Shown here in pieces: positions 1-12,244 of a DNA stretch of 64,000 nucleotides. Position 1 is the first letter of the stretch, and each line of letters opens with the position of its first letter. The DNA lies in NCBI GenBank assembly GCA_038087875.1, contig JAXLNO010000087.1, positions 1 through 64,000 on the forward strand, written 5' to 3'. A program made the position numbers and the translations under genes. The notes under the pieces were generated by a model. The model did not search any database and was not told the origin of the DNA. It saw only the letters and a list, made by a program, of their open reading frames with translations. This stretch comes from Malacoraja senta. Taxonomy: Eukaryota.

Positions 1-434
1 GAGCTGTTCACGGGGTCACCCTCACGGGGCAGTCCGCTACACACCGACCCTGCCGCCAACTAGCTCCCCCCTATCACCCCCTCCCCCTCGCTCCACTCCC
101 CACCCCACACCACCACCCACACAACTTGCCCCAACACAGGAGCAGCGGTAGAGTCGCTGGGTCCCAGCGCCACAGACCCGGGTTCCATCCTGACTACGAG
201 TGCTGTCTGTACGCAGTTTGTACCTGCGTGGGTTTTCTCCGGGTGCTCTGGTTTCCTCCCACACTCCACGTTTACAGGTTCATTGAATTTGTCCCGAGTG
301 TGTGTAGGATAGTGCTAGTGCGTAGGGCATCGCTTCGATGGGCCGAAGGGCCAGTTTCCGTGTTGTATCTCTAATGCTGCGCTACCACAGAACCCGCTAA
401 ATAGCCTGCCGTACAGAACGTGTTAAGAGCTTGC

Positions 435-500
435 TGCGGGCCGGATAAAATCTCGTGACGGGCCGGATGTGGCCCCCGGGCCATAGTTTGGAGAGCCCTG
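435..500. mobile_element. Right end of a hAT-Charlie-like MITE
   Basis: GGGCCGGAT repeats ending ...atagtttggagagccctg, followed by the Charlie-type target CTTTAGAG. Left end not identified. Confidence 0.6.
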
Positions 501-1528
501 CTTTAGAGAATGAGGGTTCCCCTCTTCCATCATAGATGAGGCCCTCACTCGTGTTTCCTCGGTACCCACAGCTCTGCCCTTCCTCCCCCTCTCCCTATTC
601 ACAACAGAGACAGAGTCCCGCTAGTCCTTACCTTTCACCCCATCAGCCCTCACATACAACACATAATCCTGCGATATTTACGCCAGCTCCAACAGTATTC
701 ACCACTAGTCACGTCTTCCCATCTCCACCCCTTTCCACCTTCCGCAGAAACCGTTCCCTCCGCAACTCCCTGGTAAACTGGTCCCTTCCCACCCAAACCA
801 CCCCCTTCCCCAGGTACATTCCCCTGCAGGAGATGCAATATTTACCCCTATAACTCCTCCCTTGAATCTGTCCAACACCCCAACAGTCCTTTCAGATTAG
901 GCAAAGGTTCACTTGCACCTCCTCCAACCTCATCTACTCTATCCGTTGTTCACGATGTGGACTTTTTTACATCGGCAAGACCAAACATACATGGGGCGAT
1001 CGTTTAGCTGAACACCTTTGTGCAGTCCGCCTGAACCAAACTGATCTCCTGGTTGCTAAACACTTTAATTCTCCTTCCCATTCCCACTGACCTTTCTGTC
1101 CTAGGTCTCCTCCATTGTCAGAGTGAGGTTAAACACAAATTGGAGGAACAGCATCTCATATTTCTCTTGGGCAACTTACAGCCCAGTGGTATGAATATTG
1201 ATTTCTCTAACTTCAAGTAATCCCGGCATTCCCTCTCTCTCTATCCCTCCCCCACCCAAGTGGCACCAGCTTCTCGTTTTCACCCAACGATCAGCCAACA
1301 ATGGCCTGTTTCCTTACTTTTTGCACATCTTTCATTCATTGTTCTTTATCTCTCTACATCATCGTCTATATCTCTCGTTTCCCTTTTCCCTAACTAGTCT
1401 GAAGAAGGGTCTAGAACCAAAGCGTCACCCATTCCTTCTCTCCAAAGATACTGCCTGTCCCGCTGAGTTACTCCAGCATTTTTTGTCTATCTTCGGTTTA
1501 AACCAGCATCTGCAGTTCCTTCCCACAC
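501..1528 (+). mobile_element. Penelope-like element 3' fragment
   Basis: Degenerate RT-thumb/EN sequence followed by the pLTR (ctgaagaagggtct...cgtcaccc...gcatctgcagttc). Confidence 0.85.
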
Positions 1529-1577
1529 AATTCAAGTTTGTCTGCAGTTCCCCGATTTGTGCAGAATCCTAACTCAC

Positions 1578-1768
1578 ATTTTGGGTCTTGGTTTGCCATC
1601 CACATTGTGCTCCATATGATTCCCAGCTCCTTGGCATATTCATCACCGTACCACACCAGCAACTCGCAGTGAGGAGGAACCGGCTTGCAGGTCCTGTAGT
1701 AAATGTTGCCCCGTTGCTGGAAGGCAACAAGGTTCTGTTCCTCCACATTTCTGGCACAGTTGACAAAT
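1578..1768 (-). CDS. PRDM9: PRDM9 coding exon, C-terminal PR/SET
   Basis: gttccag|A TTT...AAA T|gtgagt, 191 nt. [50 protein letters not shown]. The next (zinc-finger) exon would lie left of the window. Confidence 0.96.
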
Positions 1769-1942
1769 CTGGAACACAACAAGCAGAGATAGAGGGGACA
1801 ACAGTCACTTACAATTATAAGTGAACACAGAATATAAAGTATATTAATAAATTCTGTAGAATGACTGATGTCCCCAGCCATGTCCCAAATTCAACCTTAA
1901 ACATTGTACACCCTTTGTCAGCTCTCTGCTGAAGGAACCTTG

Positions 1943-4900
1943 AAGGTAGACAAAAATGCTGGAGAAACTCAGCGGGTGAGGCAGCATGTAAGGAGTGAAG
2001 GAAATAGGCAATGTTTTGAAACCCTTCTTCAGACTGATGTGAGGGTGGGGGGGGTGGTTGGAAGAAGAAAGGAAGAGGTAGAGCCAGTGGGCTGAGGGAG
2101 AGCAGAGGAGGGGAGGTGAAAGTAAGAACTACCTGAAATTAGAGAAGTCAATGTTCATACCGCTGGGGTACAAACTGCCCAAGCGAAATATGAGGTGCTG
2201 CTCCTCCAATTTACGGTGGTCCTCACTCTGGCCATGGAGGAGGCTGAGGACAGAAAGGTCGGATTTGGAATGGGAGGGGGAGTTGGAGTGCTGAGCCACC
2301 GGGAGATCAGGTTAGTTAGTGCGAACCGAGCGGAGGTGTTGGGCGAAGTGACCGCCAAGCCTACGCTTGGTCTCACCGATGTAGAGCAGTTGACACCTAG
2401 AACAGCGGATGCAATAGGTGAGGTTGGAGGAGGTGCAGGTGAACCTCTGCTGCACCTGGAAAGACTGCTTGGGTCCTTGAATGGAGTCAAGAGGGGAGGT
2501 AAAGCGACAAGTGTAGCATTTCTTGTGGGTGCAAGGGAAAGTGCCAGGAGAGGGGGTGGTTCGGGTGGGAAGGGACGATTTGACCAGGGGGTTACGGAGG
2601 GAGCGGTCTCTGCAGAAAGCAGGCAGGGGAGGAGATGGTAAGATGTGGCTAGTGGTGGGGTCACGTTGGAGGTGGTGAAAATGACGGAGGATTATTTGTT
2701 GTATGTGACGGCTGGTAGGGTGGAAGGCAGGCACGTGCCGTGAGTGATTACTCAGGGTAGGCAGTCAGTCGGCTTAAACCGCGCATGCGCAGATTGTTCT
2801 CTCCGTAAAAATAAAAAATAAAAATAAAGACAGTAACAATTCAATTTGCCCAAGGGTTCCAAGTCTCCTTTATTCTGAATTACTGAATGGGTGGGGGGTG
2901 AAGGGTGATGGCAGGTGGAGAGATGGCCGAATGGCCTACTCCTGCACCTATTGTCTATTGTCACACCGGGACAAATTGAATCAGTTGTCATCTTATTGAA
3001 TGACAACACTTGTTCAAGGGACCAATTGGGGGGGAGTCTGACCAGGGGTGAAGTTGCGGGGAGGGCAGGAGCATTGAGAAGGAGGGGGTCGGGGATAATG
3101 CCAGTAACTCACTCACTCACCGCTGCCTCGGCGCTCTGGATGCAGAGCCACCACATTGTGGCCGGGGAGGGAAGCAGCTCGGGTGGCTGCGAGCGGCCCG
3201 CCGGGACCCGACAGCAGAACTGGCCGCCACTTCAGCTCCTTCTGCCGGCCCGCTCACCTCCGGCAGCTCTCCGTCTGAACACCTCTCACCAGTCGCTCGC
3301 CGACTTCGCTCATGTCAGCCGCTTCAGCAAATCCTTAAATTCCCACAGCCGAGTAACCTCAATCGTGCTGTCGGAATTTAAGGATTTGCGGGAAGCGGCT
3401 GACATGAGTGAGGTCGGCGAGCGGCAGGAGAGAGGTTTTCAGACGGTGAGATGCCAGAGGTGAGGGGGGGCCGGCAGAAAGAGCTGAGGTGGCGGCCGGT
3501 TCCGCTGTCCGGCCAAGCGGCCACTCGCAGCCACGTGCCTGCCTTCCACCCTACCGAGCTGCTTCCCTACCCGGCCTCAATGCGGTGGCTCCGTGCAAGG
3601 AGCGTAGCAAGTGGGCTACTAGCATGATCCCGATCCCCTCCTTCACAACGCTCCTGCCCTCCCCGCAACTTTACCCTGGGCCAGACTCCCCAAACGCTGT
3701 GAAAGGAATCGCCTCCCACCCCGGGAAATACGGCATTTAAAAACATATAGCACCAAGAAATGTACTTACCACATTATCGGTACACAAACTCAATTCTTCT
3801 CTCTTTGTTTCCTAAGATACACTTAAGAAAATGGCAATCCATATTTGAAAAAAACGCGCCAAGAAACTAGCGCTGCGCATGCGCAGTACTGCAAAGGCAG
3901 AATTTCAGCTGCCTTCAGCCCCGCTTGTCATTGACGGCTTGAAGCAGCGCTGACGGCACGTGGGCTGCACAGACCTTCGCGCGTTGCAAGTGCTGCGGAT
4001 GAAAGGCACGGAGAATTATGCCTACCCAAGAGATCGATCTCTTAGATTGGCATAATTCTCCCATGCCTTTACTATGTATATTTAGTAATTACCATTATAT
4101 AATTTTAGTCAGGGTAGGCAGTGCCGATCTTGCCTACCCCGACGGCACATGCCTGGTGGAAGGTGAGGACAAGGGGGACTCTGCCCTTGTTACGAGTGGG
4201 GGGATGGGGAATGAGTGCAGAGCTACGGGGTATAGAAGGGACCCTGGTGAGAGCCTCATCTATAGTCGAAGAGGGGAACCCCTGTTCCCTAAAGAATGAG
4301 GACATCTCCGATGCCCTGGTTTGGAACACCTTATCCTGGGTGCAGATGCACCATAGACGGAGGAATTGGGAGTAGGGGATGGAGTCCTTACAGGAAGCAG
4401 GGTGGGAAGAAGTGTACTCCAGATAGCTGAAATGATTGAAGTCAGAGAGTTCTGCATGGGTGCAGGAGGTAGCACCAAAGCAGTCGTCGATGTAGCGGAG
4501 GTGGAGTGCGGGCATAGGGCCCTGGTACGTCTCGAACAAGAATTGTTCGACATACTCTACAAAGAGGCAGGCATAGCTGGGGCCCATGCGCGTGCTCATA
4601 GCTACGCCTTGTATTTGGAGGAAATGGGAGGAGTCAAAGGAAAAGTTGTTGAGGGTAAGGACCAGCTCCGCTAGGCGGAGGAGAGTATCGGTAGACGGGG
4701 ATTGGTTGGTTCTGCGGTCGAGGAAGAAACGGAGGGCTTTGAGACCCTCCTGGTGGGGGGTGGAGGTGTAGAGTGACTGGACATCCATGGTGAAGATTAG
4801 GGGATGGGGGCCTGGAAAACAGAAGTCATGGAGTAGACGAAGAGCATGTGAGATGTCTTGGACATAGGTGGGGAGGGATTTAACCAGGGGGGATAGGATG

Positions 4901-5212
4901 GAATCGAGGTATGTGGAAATAGGTTCGGTGGGACACGAACAGGCAGAAACAATGGGTCTGCCAGCACAGTCATGTTTGTGGATTTTGTGGAGAAGATAAA
5001 ATCGGGCTTTGCGGGGCTGGGAAACGATGAGGTTGGAGGCTTGGGAGGGCAGGGAAACGGAAGTGATGAAGCTAGTGATAGTGTTTGAGATAATGGCCTG
5101 GTGCTCGTCTGTGGAGTCATGGTCCAAGGATAAGTAGGAGGAGTTGGCACATGGCCTCAGCCTTGTAGAGATCAGCGCGCCAGACTACCACAGCATGTCC
5201 CTTGTCGGTGGG
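1943..5212 (-). mobile_element. Older Penelope-like element interrupted by a hAT insertion
   Basis: RT ORF 4105-5127 (YIDD, internal deletion), EN ORF 2312-2734, and pLTR end at about 1943. Halves rejoin across 2728-4155. Confidence 0.9.
2728..4155. mobile_element. Non-autonomous hAT DNA transposon
   Basis: TIRs CAGGCACGTGCCGT / ACGGCACATGCCTG; 8-bp TSD GTGGAAGG at 2720-2727 and 4156-4163; subterminal CAGGGTAGGCA motifs; no transposase ORF. Confidence 0.85.
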
Positions 5213-5305
5213 AAGGAAACTTGAACTTTGTTTCTCTTCCCACAGATGCAGCCTGACCTACGGAGTATTTCCAGTTTTTATTCTAACCTAGTATTACTGT
5301 TGTTG

Positions 5306-8196
5306 AAGGTACACAAAAATGCTGGAGAAACTCAGCGGGTGCAGCAGCATCTATGGAGCGAAGGAAATAGGTAACGTTTCGGGCCGAAACCCTTCTTCAG
5401 ACTGATCGGGGGTGGGGAGAAGAAAGGAAAAAAGGACAAAGGCGGAGAAGGAGCCCGAGGGCTGGGGGAGGGGAGGAGACAACCAGATGGCTGATGAAGG
5501 GGAGGGGACAGCAAGGGCTAGCAGAATTGGGAGAATTCAATGTTGAGGCCCCCAGGATGTAGACTGCCCAAGCGGAATATGAGATGCATTTCCTCCAATT
5601 TACGGTGTTGCTCGCTGTGGCCATGGAGGAGACCCAGGACAGAGAGGTCAGATACGGAATGGGAGGGGGAGTTGAAGTGCTGAGCCACCGGGAGTTCAGG
5701 TTGGTTATTGCGGACCGACCGGAGGTGTTCGGCGAAACGATCGCCAAGCCTCCGTTTGGTCTCACCGATGTAGATCAGCTGGCATCTAGAGCAGCGAATG
5801 CAATAGATGAGGTTGGAGGAGATGCAGGTGAACCTCTGTCGCACCTGGAACGACTGCTTGGGTCCTTGAATGGAGTGGAGGGGGGAGGTGAAGGGACAAG
5901 TGTTGCATCTCTTGCGGTTGCAAGGGTAAGTACCAGGGGAGGGGGTGGTATGGGAGGGAAGGGAAGAATTGACAAGGGAGTTACGGAGGGAGCGGTCTTT
6001 GCGGAAGGCAGACATGGGGGGGGGATGGGAAGATGTGGCGAGTGCTGGGGTCACGTTGGAGGTGGCGAAACTGACGGAGGATCACTTGTTGTATGTGACG
6101 GCTGGTGGGGTGAAAGGTGAGGACGAGGGGGACTCTGCCTTTGTTGTGAGTGGGGGGATGGGGAGAGAGAGCAGTGTTGCGGGGTATGGCAGAGACCCTG
6201 GTGCGAGCCTCATCTATGGTGGAGGAGGGGAACCCCCGTTCCCTGAAGAATGAGGACATTTCAGATGCCCTGGTGTGGAACGCCTCATCCTGGGAGCAGA
6301 TGCGGCGTAGACGGAGGAATTGGGAGTGGGGGATGGAGTCCTTACAGGAAGCAGGGTGGGAAGAAGTGTAGTCCAGATAGCCATGGGAGTCGGTAGGTTT
6401 GTAGTGGATGTCGGTAAGGAGTCTATCACCTGCGATGGAGATAGTGAGGTCAAGGAATGGTAGGGAAGTGTCGGAAATGGTCCAGGTGTATTTGAGTGCC
6501 GGATGGAAGTTGGTGGTGAAGCGGATGAAGTCAGTCAGTTGTGTGTGGGTGCAGGATGTGGCACCAAAACAATCATCGATGTGGCGGAGGTAGAGGTCGG
6601 GGATGGGGCCCTGGTACGCATTGAACAAGGATTGTTCTACATACCCGACAAAGAGGCAGGCGTAGCTGGGGCCCATGCGTGTGCCCATAGCTACGCCTTG
6701 TATTTGGAGGAAATGGGAGGAGTCAAATGAAAAGTTATTAAGTGTAAGTACCAGCTCCGCTAGGCGGAGGAGGGTGTCAGTGGCCGGGTATAGATTGCTT
6801 CTACGGTCAAGGAAAAAACAGAGGGCTTCGAGACCATCCTGGTGGGGGATGAAGGTGTACAGTGACTGGACGTCCATGGTGAAGATGAGGGGGTGAGGGC
6901 CTAGAGAGTGGAATGCGCGGAGATGACGGAGAGTGTCTGAGGTGTCTTGAACATAGGTGGGGAGGGATTTAACCAAGGGGGATAGGATGGAGTCGAGGTA
7001 GGTGGAGATGAGTTCGGTGGGGCAAGAACAGGCAGAGACAATGGGTCTACCGGGACAGTCAGGTTTGTGGATTTTGGGGAGAAGGTAAAAGCGGGCTGTG
7101 CGGGGCTGGGGAACGATGAGGTTGGAGGCTCGTTCGGGCAGGGCGTGGGAGTGGATGAAGTCGGTGATGGTGCTGGAGATGGTGGCCTGGTGCTCGTCAG
7201 TGGGGTCATGGTCCAGGGGTAAGTAGGAGGAGGTGTCCGAGAGTTGGCGCGTGGCCTCAGCTTTGTAGAGATCGACGCGCCAGACTACCACGGCACCTCC
7301 CTTGTCGGCGGGTTTGATAACCCAATCTAGGTTGTTGCGGAGTGAGTCGATGGCAGTGCGTTCAGGGGGGGAGAGATTGGAGTGAGACAGGGGAGTGGAG
7401 AAGTTGAGGCGGTTGATGTCACGGCGGCAGTTTTTAATAAAGAGTTCTAAAGCCGGAAGGCTACGAGGGGGGGTTCCATGAGGATGGGGTGCGTTGGAGA
7501 TGGGAAAAGGGGTCATCAGTGGGGAGCGAGGACTCCTTCCCATGGAAGTGAGCTGTGAGGCGGAGGCGACGGTAGAAGGGCTCCAAGTCATGGAGGGCAC
7601 GGAACTCATTGAGATGGGGACGGAGGGGGACAAAGGTAAGACCTCTGCTGAGGACAGACCGTTCGATGTCGGAGAGGGGGAGGTCGGGGGGGATGGTGAA
7701 CACCCGGCAGGGATGGGGGTTGGGGCCGGAGGAAGGCAGGTGGGTGGAATGGGGATGAGGCGATGTGTGGTGGGGGGGTGGTGGGTGGTCAGGGGGTGGG
7801 GGGTGAGAGGGCAGTGGTGTGGGTATGGAAGAGAAGTGGTCCCATAGTTGGAGAGGGATGGGGAAGAATCAGTGGAACTGACACAGAGATAACCAGGGCT
7901 AGGCAGACTTGCGCTAGGACCCAGTGGAGTCAAACCCCAGAGAGTGGGAGTGAGCAGCGTGGAGGCTTCAGGCCCAGTACAGAGTCCAGTTTGCAGGTGA
8001 GGCGACGGCTGCGGGCTGCTGGAGGGAGGTAGATGCTGCTGCACCCGCTGAGTTTCTCCAGCATTTTTGTGTATAGATGCTGCTGCACCCGCTGAGTTTC
8101 TCCAGCATTTTTGTGTAGATGCTGCTGCACCCGCTGAGTTTCTCCAGCATTTTTGTGTACCTTCGATTTTCCAGCATCTGCAGTTCCTTCTTTAAC
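5306..8196 (-). mobile_element. Young 5'-truncated Penelope-like element (Neptune-type), RT + GIY-YIG endonuclease
   Basis: RT ORF 5981-8044 (IKPADKG, GRPIVS, MDVQSLYT, GVAMGT, RHIDD) and EN ORF 5518-6054 (CNRKRCNTC linker, LIY...YIGET) separated by a frameshift at a G-run near 6016-6024. Inverted terminal pLTR pieces. TSD ATTACTGTTGTTG at 5293-5305 and 8197-8209. Confidence 0.95.
5373..5400 (-). ncRNA. Minimal type-I hammerhead ribozyme motif in Penelope pLTR
   Basis: CUGAAGA-A-GGGU(UUCG)GCCC-GAAA-CGUU: conserved core, stem II and palindromic stem III. Only about 2 bp of stem I are visible. Confidence 0.6.
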
Positions 8197-8216
8197 ATTA
8201 CTGTTGTTGATATTGT

Positions 8217-9005
8217 TGGTGGCGCGACTCACGTTGCAGCGCCCCCTGCAGCCTGTCTGTCTTTTATTTATTTTTTTTGTCCAGTTAAATGTACTTGTTG
8301 TGTTCTTTTATACTGTTTTTGGCTGTGTATGTGTCGGGGGCGGGGGACTTTTAAAATCTCTTCCCTGCATGGGAGACCCGACCTTTTTCCTGTCGGGTCT
8401 CCATTGTCGTTGGGGCCTTGTACCGTGGAGCGGCCTCCAACCGGAACGACCTGGGGGCTCCAGTCGCGGAGCCTGCGGACTACTTACCATCGTGGGGCTG
8501 GCCGGCCTCGGAGCGTGGGGAGCGGTGATGGCTCGCTGCTGCGGCCCGACTCCAGAGCTCGGAGGCTCCAGCCGCAGGCCCGGTGGACAGGAACATCGGG
8601 AGCTCGCGGGTGCCTGGTAGGAGACCGCTTCTCGGAGCTCCCACAACGCAACTTCTCCCGCCCGTGTCGCGGGGTTGGAACGACCCACCATGCGCGGCTT
8701 TAACGGTCGCGGGACATGCCAATGCCCGCCTGGGGCTCCCCATTGAGACATTATGACCTGGAGCGGGGCCGTACATCGCCCGGCGCGGCCTTAACGGCCG
8801 TGGGACTTACCTTCGCCCCCACCTGGGGCTTTAACATCAGGAGAAAAATGGTACACAGGGGACAGAAAAGACTTTGCCTTCCATCACAGTGAGGAGATTC
8901 ACTGTGATGGATGTTTGTGTGAATTGAATTGTTTGTGTGTCTTGTAGAAATTGTTTTGTTTGTATGGCTGTACAAACAGAGTTTTGTTTGAGCCTCATTG
9001 AGGTT
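8217..9005 (+). mobile_element. Related non-coding GC-rich retroposon
   Basis: Shares the 5' block (ggcgc...gcagc...gtctgtcttt), the cttaccatc motif and the tccatcacagtga...tcactgtgatgga hairpin with 10499-11365. Confidence 0.55.
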
Positions 9006-9122
9006 GGGGCATTGTACCTTTGCTTTGAGTCCAAGATTCCAGCATCTGCAGTCTCTTGTGTCTCCTTATTTAAATAACCCAGTTATTGCTTATTATTATG
9101 CTCAGCATGCGTCTTTCCTCAC

Positions 9123-9190
9123 CTCATCCAGTTCGATTTAGATTCATCCTGTGCATCAATGTATTCAGTGTCATTGTTTGCCTTACTGAT
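9123..9190 (-). CDS. PRDM9: PRDM9 coding exon, PR/SET middle
   Basis: ttttatag|ATC...ATG AG|gtgagg, 68 nt. ISKANNDTEYIDAQDESKSNWMR carries the PR-domain YID...NWMR motif. Not in the ORF track. Confidence 0.95.
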
Positions 9191-9711
9191 CTATAAAAAG
9201 ATATTTGGTAAAAAAAAGACATTGATAAAGAAAACAAACGTGAAGCTTACACTTATTATGCCTTCAACTAACGACCACTTAACCTATTTTACTTGATTAC
9301 ACTTTTATATCAGAGAACTCCAACATTCCTGCGAATGAAATCACACGGCAAAGAAACTCTAAGAATATAATAAACATTTTGCATAATTTCAAGCTTTGTC
9401 GGGTTGTAATAGGTTCTTTAATTTTGGTAATGTCACTGTTCTAATGATTTCTTACTGGTCAGAAATGTTCAATGCATTCTCAAACAAGGAGGTCAGACCT
9501 CAGGGTGAAAGAGGGGCAGGAGAGCAGGAAGGAGATGGAGCACTGATTTAGCTCAGAGATTGGGTGAGGGAGAGGGATGCCAGTCTGAGCAGTGCTTTTC
9601 AGTTAGCTTTGAACTGTTTCTTTATCAGTAAGAAACGTTATGTTTCTGTACAATGTTTACATATTCTGTTGTGCTGCAGCAAGTAGGAATTCCAATGTTC
9701 TATCTGGGACA

Positions 9712-10367
9712 TCTATCTTCTTCTACACTATTACTAAAACTCTCACCTTGACCACTTCCGGTCTGCGTTGTAGACTAAGGTACCCTATATCGCTAGGATT
9801 TTTAAACCACCTTACTCACCGTTCTCTTCTGCTCCAAGCGCACCAAGTTTTGTTCCGATCGGTGAAATATTAGGAAAGTTATTGGTCTGTTATTCGCCAG
9901 GACGGCAACGTCCCTTCCGGCTCCCGCTATCAATCACCGGCCGCGAGAAAAAAGCTGAAGGAGCGGGGACTGTGTTCTATGTTCTGTGAGCGGGGACTGT
10001 TCTGTGTTCTGTGAGCGGGGGCCTACACCGCCCCCTCCCACATACACCCCCTCCCCACAACCCCTCTACCCTACACCCCCCTCCCTCCCCTACACCCCCC
10101 ACCCTCCCCTCATCCATTCCCCTCCCACACATTACTCCACACACCCCCCTACCACACACACCACCCCCTCCCAAATACACCCCTTTCCACATGCACTCCC
10201 TCACCTATCCCCACAACCCCCCATCCCCCTCATGAAGCCGTCCCCCTCCCCCGGCTACAGAACGCTCCTGTCGTTCAGTTGGGGAATGAGGTGAGTGGTG
10301 GAATTTTGCGTTGGGGGACCTGCCCTCCCGTGTGAACATGGGACCCAACGGGTCCCACTTAGTCTAG
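9712..10367 (+). mobile_element. Non-autonomous Helitron
   Basis: 5' TC after an A; 3' hairpin TGGGACCC-AAC-GGGTCCCA (10339-10357), then CTAG, then T; no TSD. Removing it restores a Rex1-like tail (gggaca|tttgacaataaa). Confidence 0.8.
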
Positions 10368-10498
10368 TTTGACAATAAAACTCTCTTGACTCTTGACTTG
10401 ATGACTCTGATTAGACTGCAAAATAATTCAACTACAAACAATTTGTAATAAAAACAGAGCATTCAGGAGATACCCAGCAAGTCAGGCAGCATCTGTGC

Positions 10499-11365
10499 CG
10501 GAAGTGGCGGCGCTGTCGTACAGCAGCAGCTCGCCTGCAGTCCGTCTGTCTTTACTTTTTTTGTTGTTTTCTTTTGTCCTGCTTTAGTTACATTTTAGTT
10601 TATTGGGTTGTGTATGTGTGGGGTGGGGGGGGGGTGAAACATGACTTTTGTCTCTTCCTTCGGGGGAATGCGACTTTTTCTTGTCGTATCCCCCTTCTCT
10701 GCCCGTCTGCGCTGAGGCCTAATGGCGGAGCTGGCGGCCTCCAACTCCAGCTGCGAGCGAGCGACCGACCTCGAGGCTCCAGAGGCAGAGCCAGGACTTA
10801 CCAGCGCGGGGCTGGCCAACTTCGGGGCTGCGGTGGCGTTCCGGCAGTGGCGACCGAGGACACTGGTGGCGACCTGAGACCGGAGGCTCGGCCGCGGCTG
10901 GCCCAGTGGACGACATCTTCGGGAGCGCGCAGGTCACAGGTTGGTGACCTGTTTTTCTGGAGCTCCCGCAACTACAGCTGCGTCCGCTGGACTGGAGGGC
11001 GGCAGCTTCGGCAGCTTCAGCCACCCCGGGCCGCGGAGTTTGAACCGGCCCGTCGCGGACGGAGCACGGATTCAGCCGCGGGATTGACTTACCATCACCC
11101 GGCGGGGTCACAACATCAGGAGCCTGGATCGCCTCAGCGCAGAGGAAGAACATAGCGGGAAGAGACAGAGACTTTAAGACTTTTGCCTCCATCACAGTGA
11201 GGAGGTGCCTGGTGAACTCACTGTGGTGGATGTTAATTTGTGTTTATTGTGTGTTTTGTTATTTATTATTATATGTATGACTGCAGGCAACGAAATTTCG
11301 TTCAGACCGAAAGGTCTGAATGACAAATAAAGGAATCTCTAAAAATCTCTAATCTCTATCTCTAA
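10499..11365 (+). mobile_element. Non-coding GC-rich retroposon with Rex1/Babar-like 3' tail
   Basis: 3' end aatttcgTTCAGACC-GAAA-GGTCTGAAtgacaaataaagg followed by (atctcta)n; hairpin tccatcacagtgag...ctcactgtggtgga; same layout as 8217-9005. Confidence 0.6.
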
Positions 11366-11456
11366 AACACAGCTCACATTTCAGGATGATCTTTCAGCAA
11401 CAAATATTATCAAACCTGCTGAGTATTTTCCATGATTAACTATTGGAGTCACTTAC

Positions 11457-11728
11457 CATCCATGAGTACCCACTGACAGCAGCTTCTTCTTCATTTGAAA
11501 CCTCTCCTTCATAGGGTCCAAAATGAACGCCCCTGGGAATAACCTTCCCTTCATTCCAGACGCCAAGACCAGCTTTATGAATTTTGGACATGGCAATGCT
11601 GAGACCCTCTGGAAGAGTTAAACGTGCTCTAACTGGGTGATTGGAATCAACGACAGTGTCCTTCATAAAGACTGGTGGGCCGTGCACAGGGCATTCTTCA
11701 ATAAAAAAATTCTCGCAGGCTTCACAAA
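11457..11728 (-). CDS. PRDM9: PRDM9 coding exon, zinc knuckle + N-terminal PR/SET
   Basis: tttcag|TT TGT...TGG ATG|gtaagt, 272 nt. FCEACENFFIEECPVHGPP (CxxC...CxxH knuckle)...GLGVWNE...HFGPYEG...SGYSWM. Confidence 0.96.
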
Positions 11729-12244
11729 CTGAAACAGAAAATGCAAAACTAAGAACTAATCAGGGTGTTGGCATTATTGAAAGTGGCTGGACTTTGTACT
11801 GAAAATGCTCAATGATCCACAAAAGATGTTATCTTATTAGAAGTATCTCAGAATATAATACTACCATGATGCAGATGATGTGCAGAAGATTACTCTTCTG
11901 AGGAAGCATTCAAAATGTGAGAGGTTAATAGTGGCCAATCTGTAAAAAAAATCCCTTCATGATGTTTGTCTGTCACCATGAATATCTTGGGGGGAAGATG
12001 CCGCTATTAAATTCCAAATGACAGCTGTGTTGACCTGTACGGATATTTATAAACATCAAGAGAAAAATCCTGACCAGAGTATAATTTTAAATATAGTAAT
12101 AACAAGCATGATGTAATGTAGAGAGTATGTTTCACGGTAACATGGGTACATGGTGTCAACTCCAAGAAATGTGTGTTGAAGGATAAAAGTCTATTATGTG
12201 AACTAATGAAGCATTTGTAACCAGGCAGATGAATTAAGACCATA

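Noticed and set aside
2915..3463. 182-aa ORF in the hAT element as a transposase
   Set aside because: No transposase motifs; the frame crosses a CR1 tail fragment and the GC-rich palindrome.
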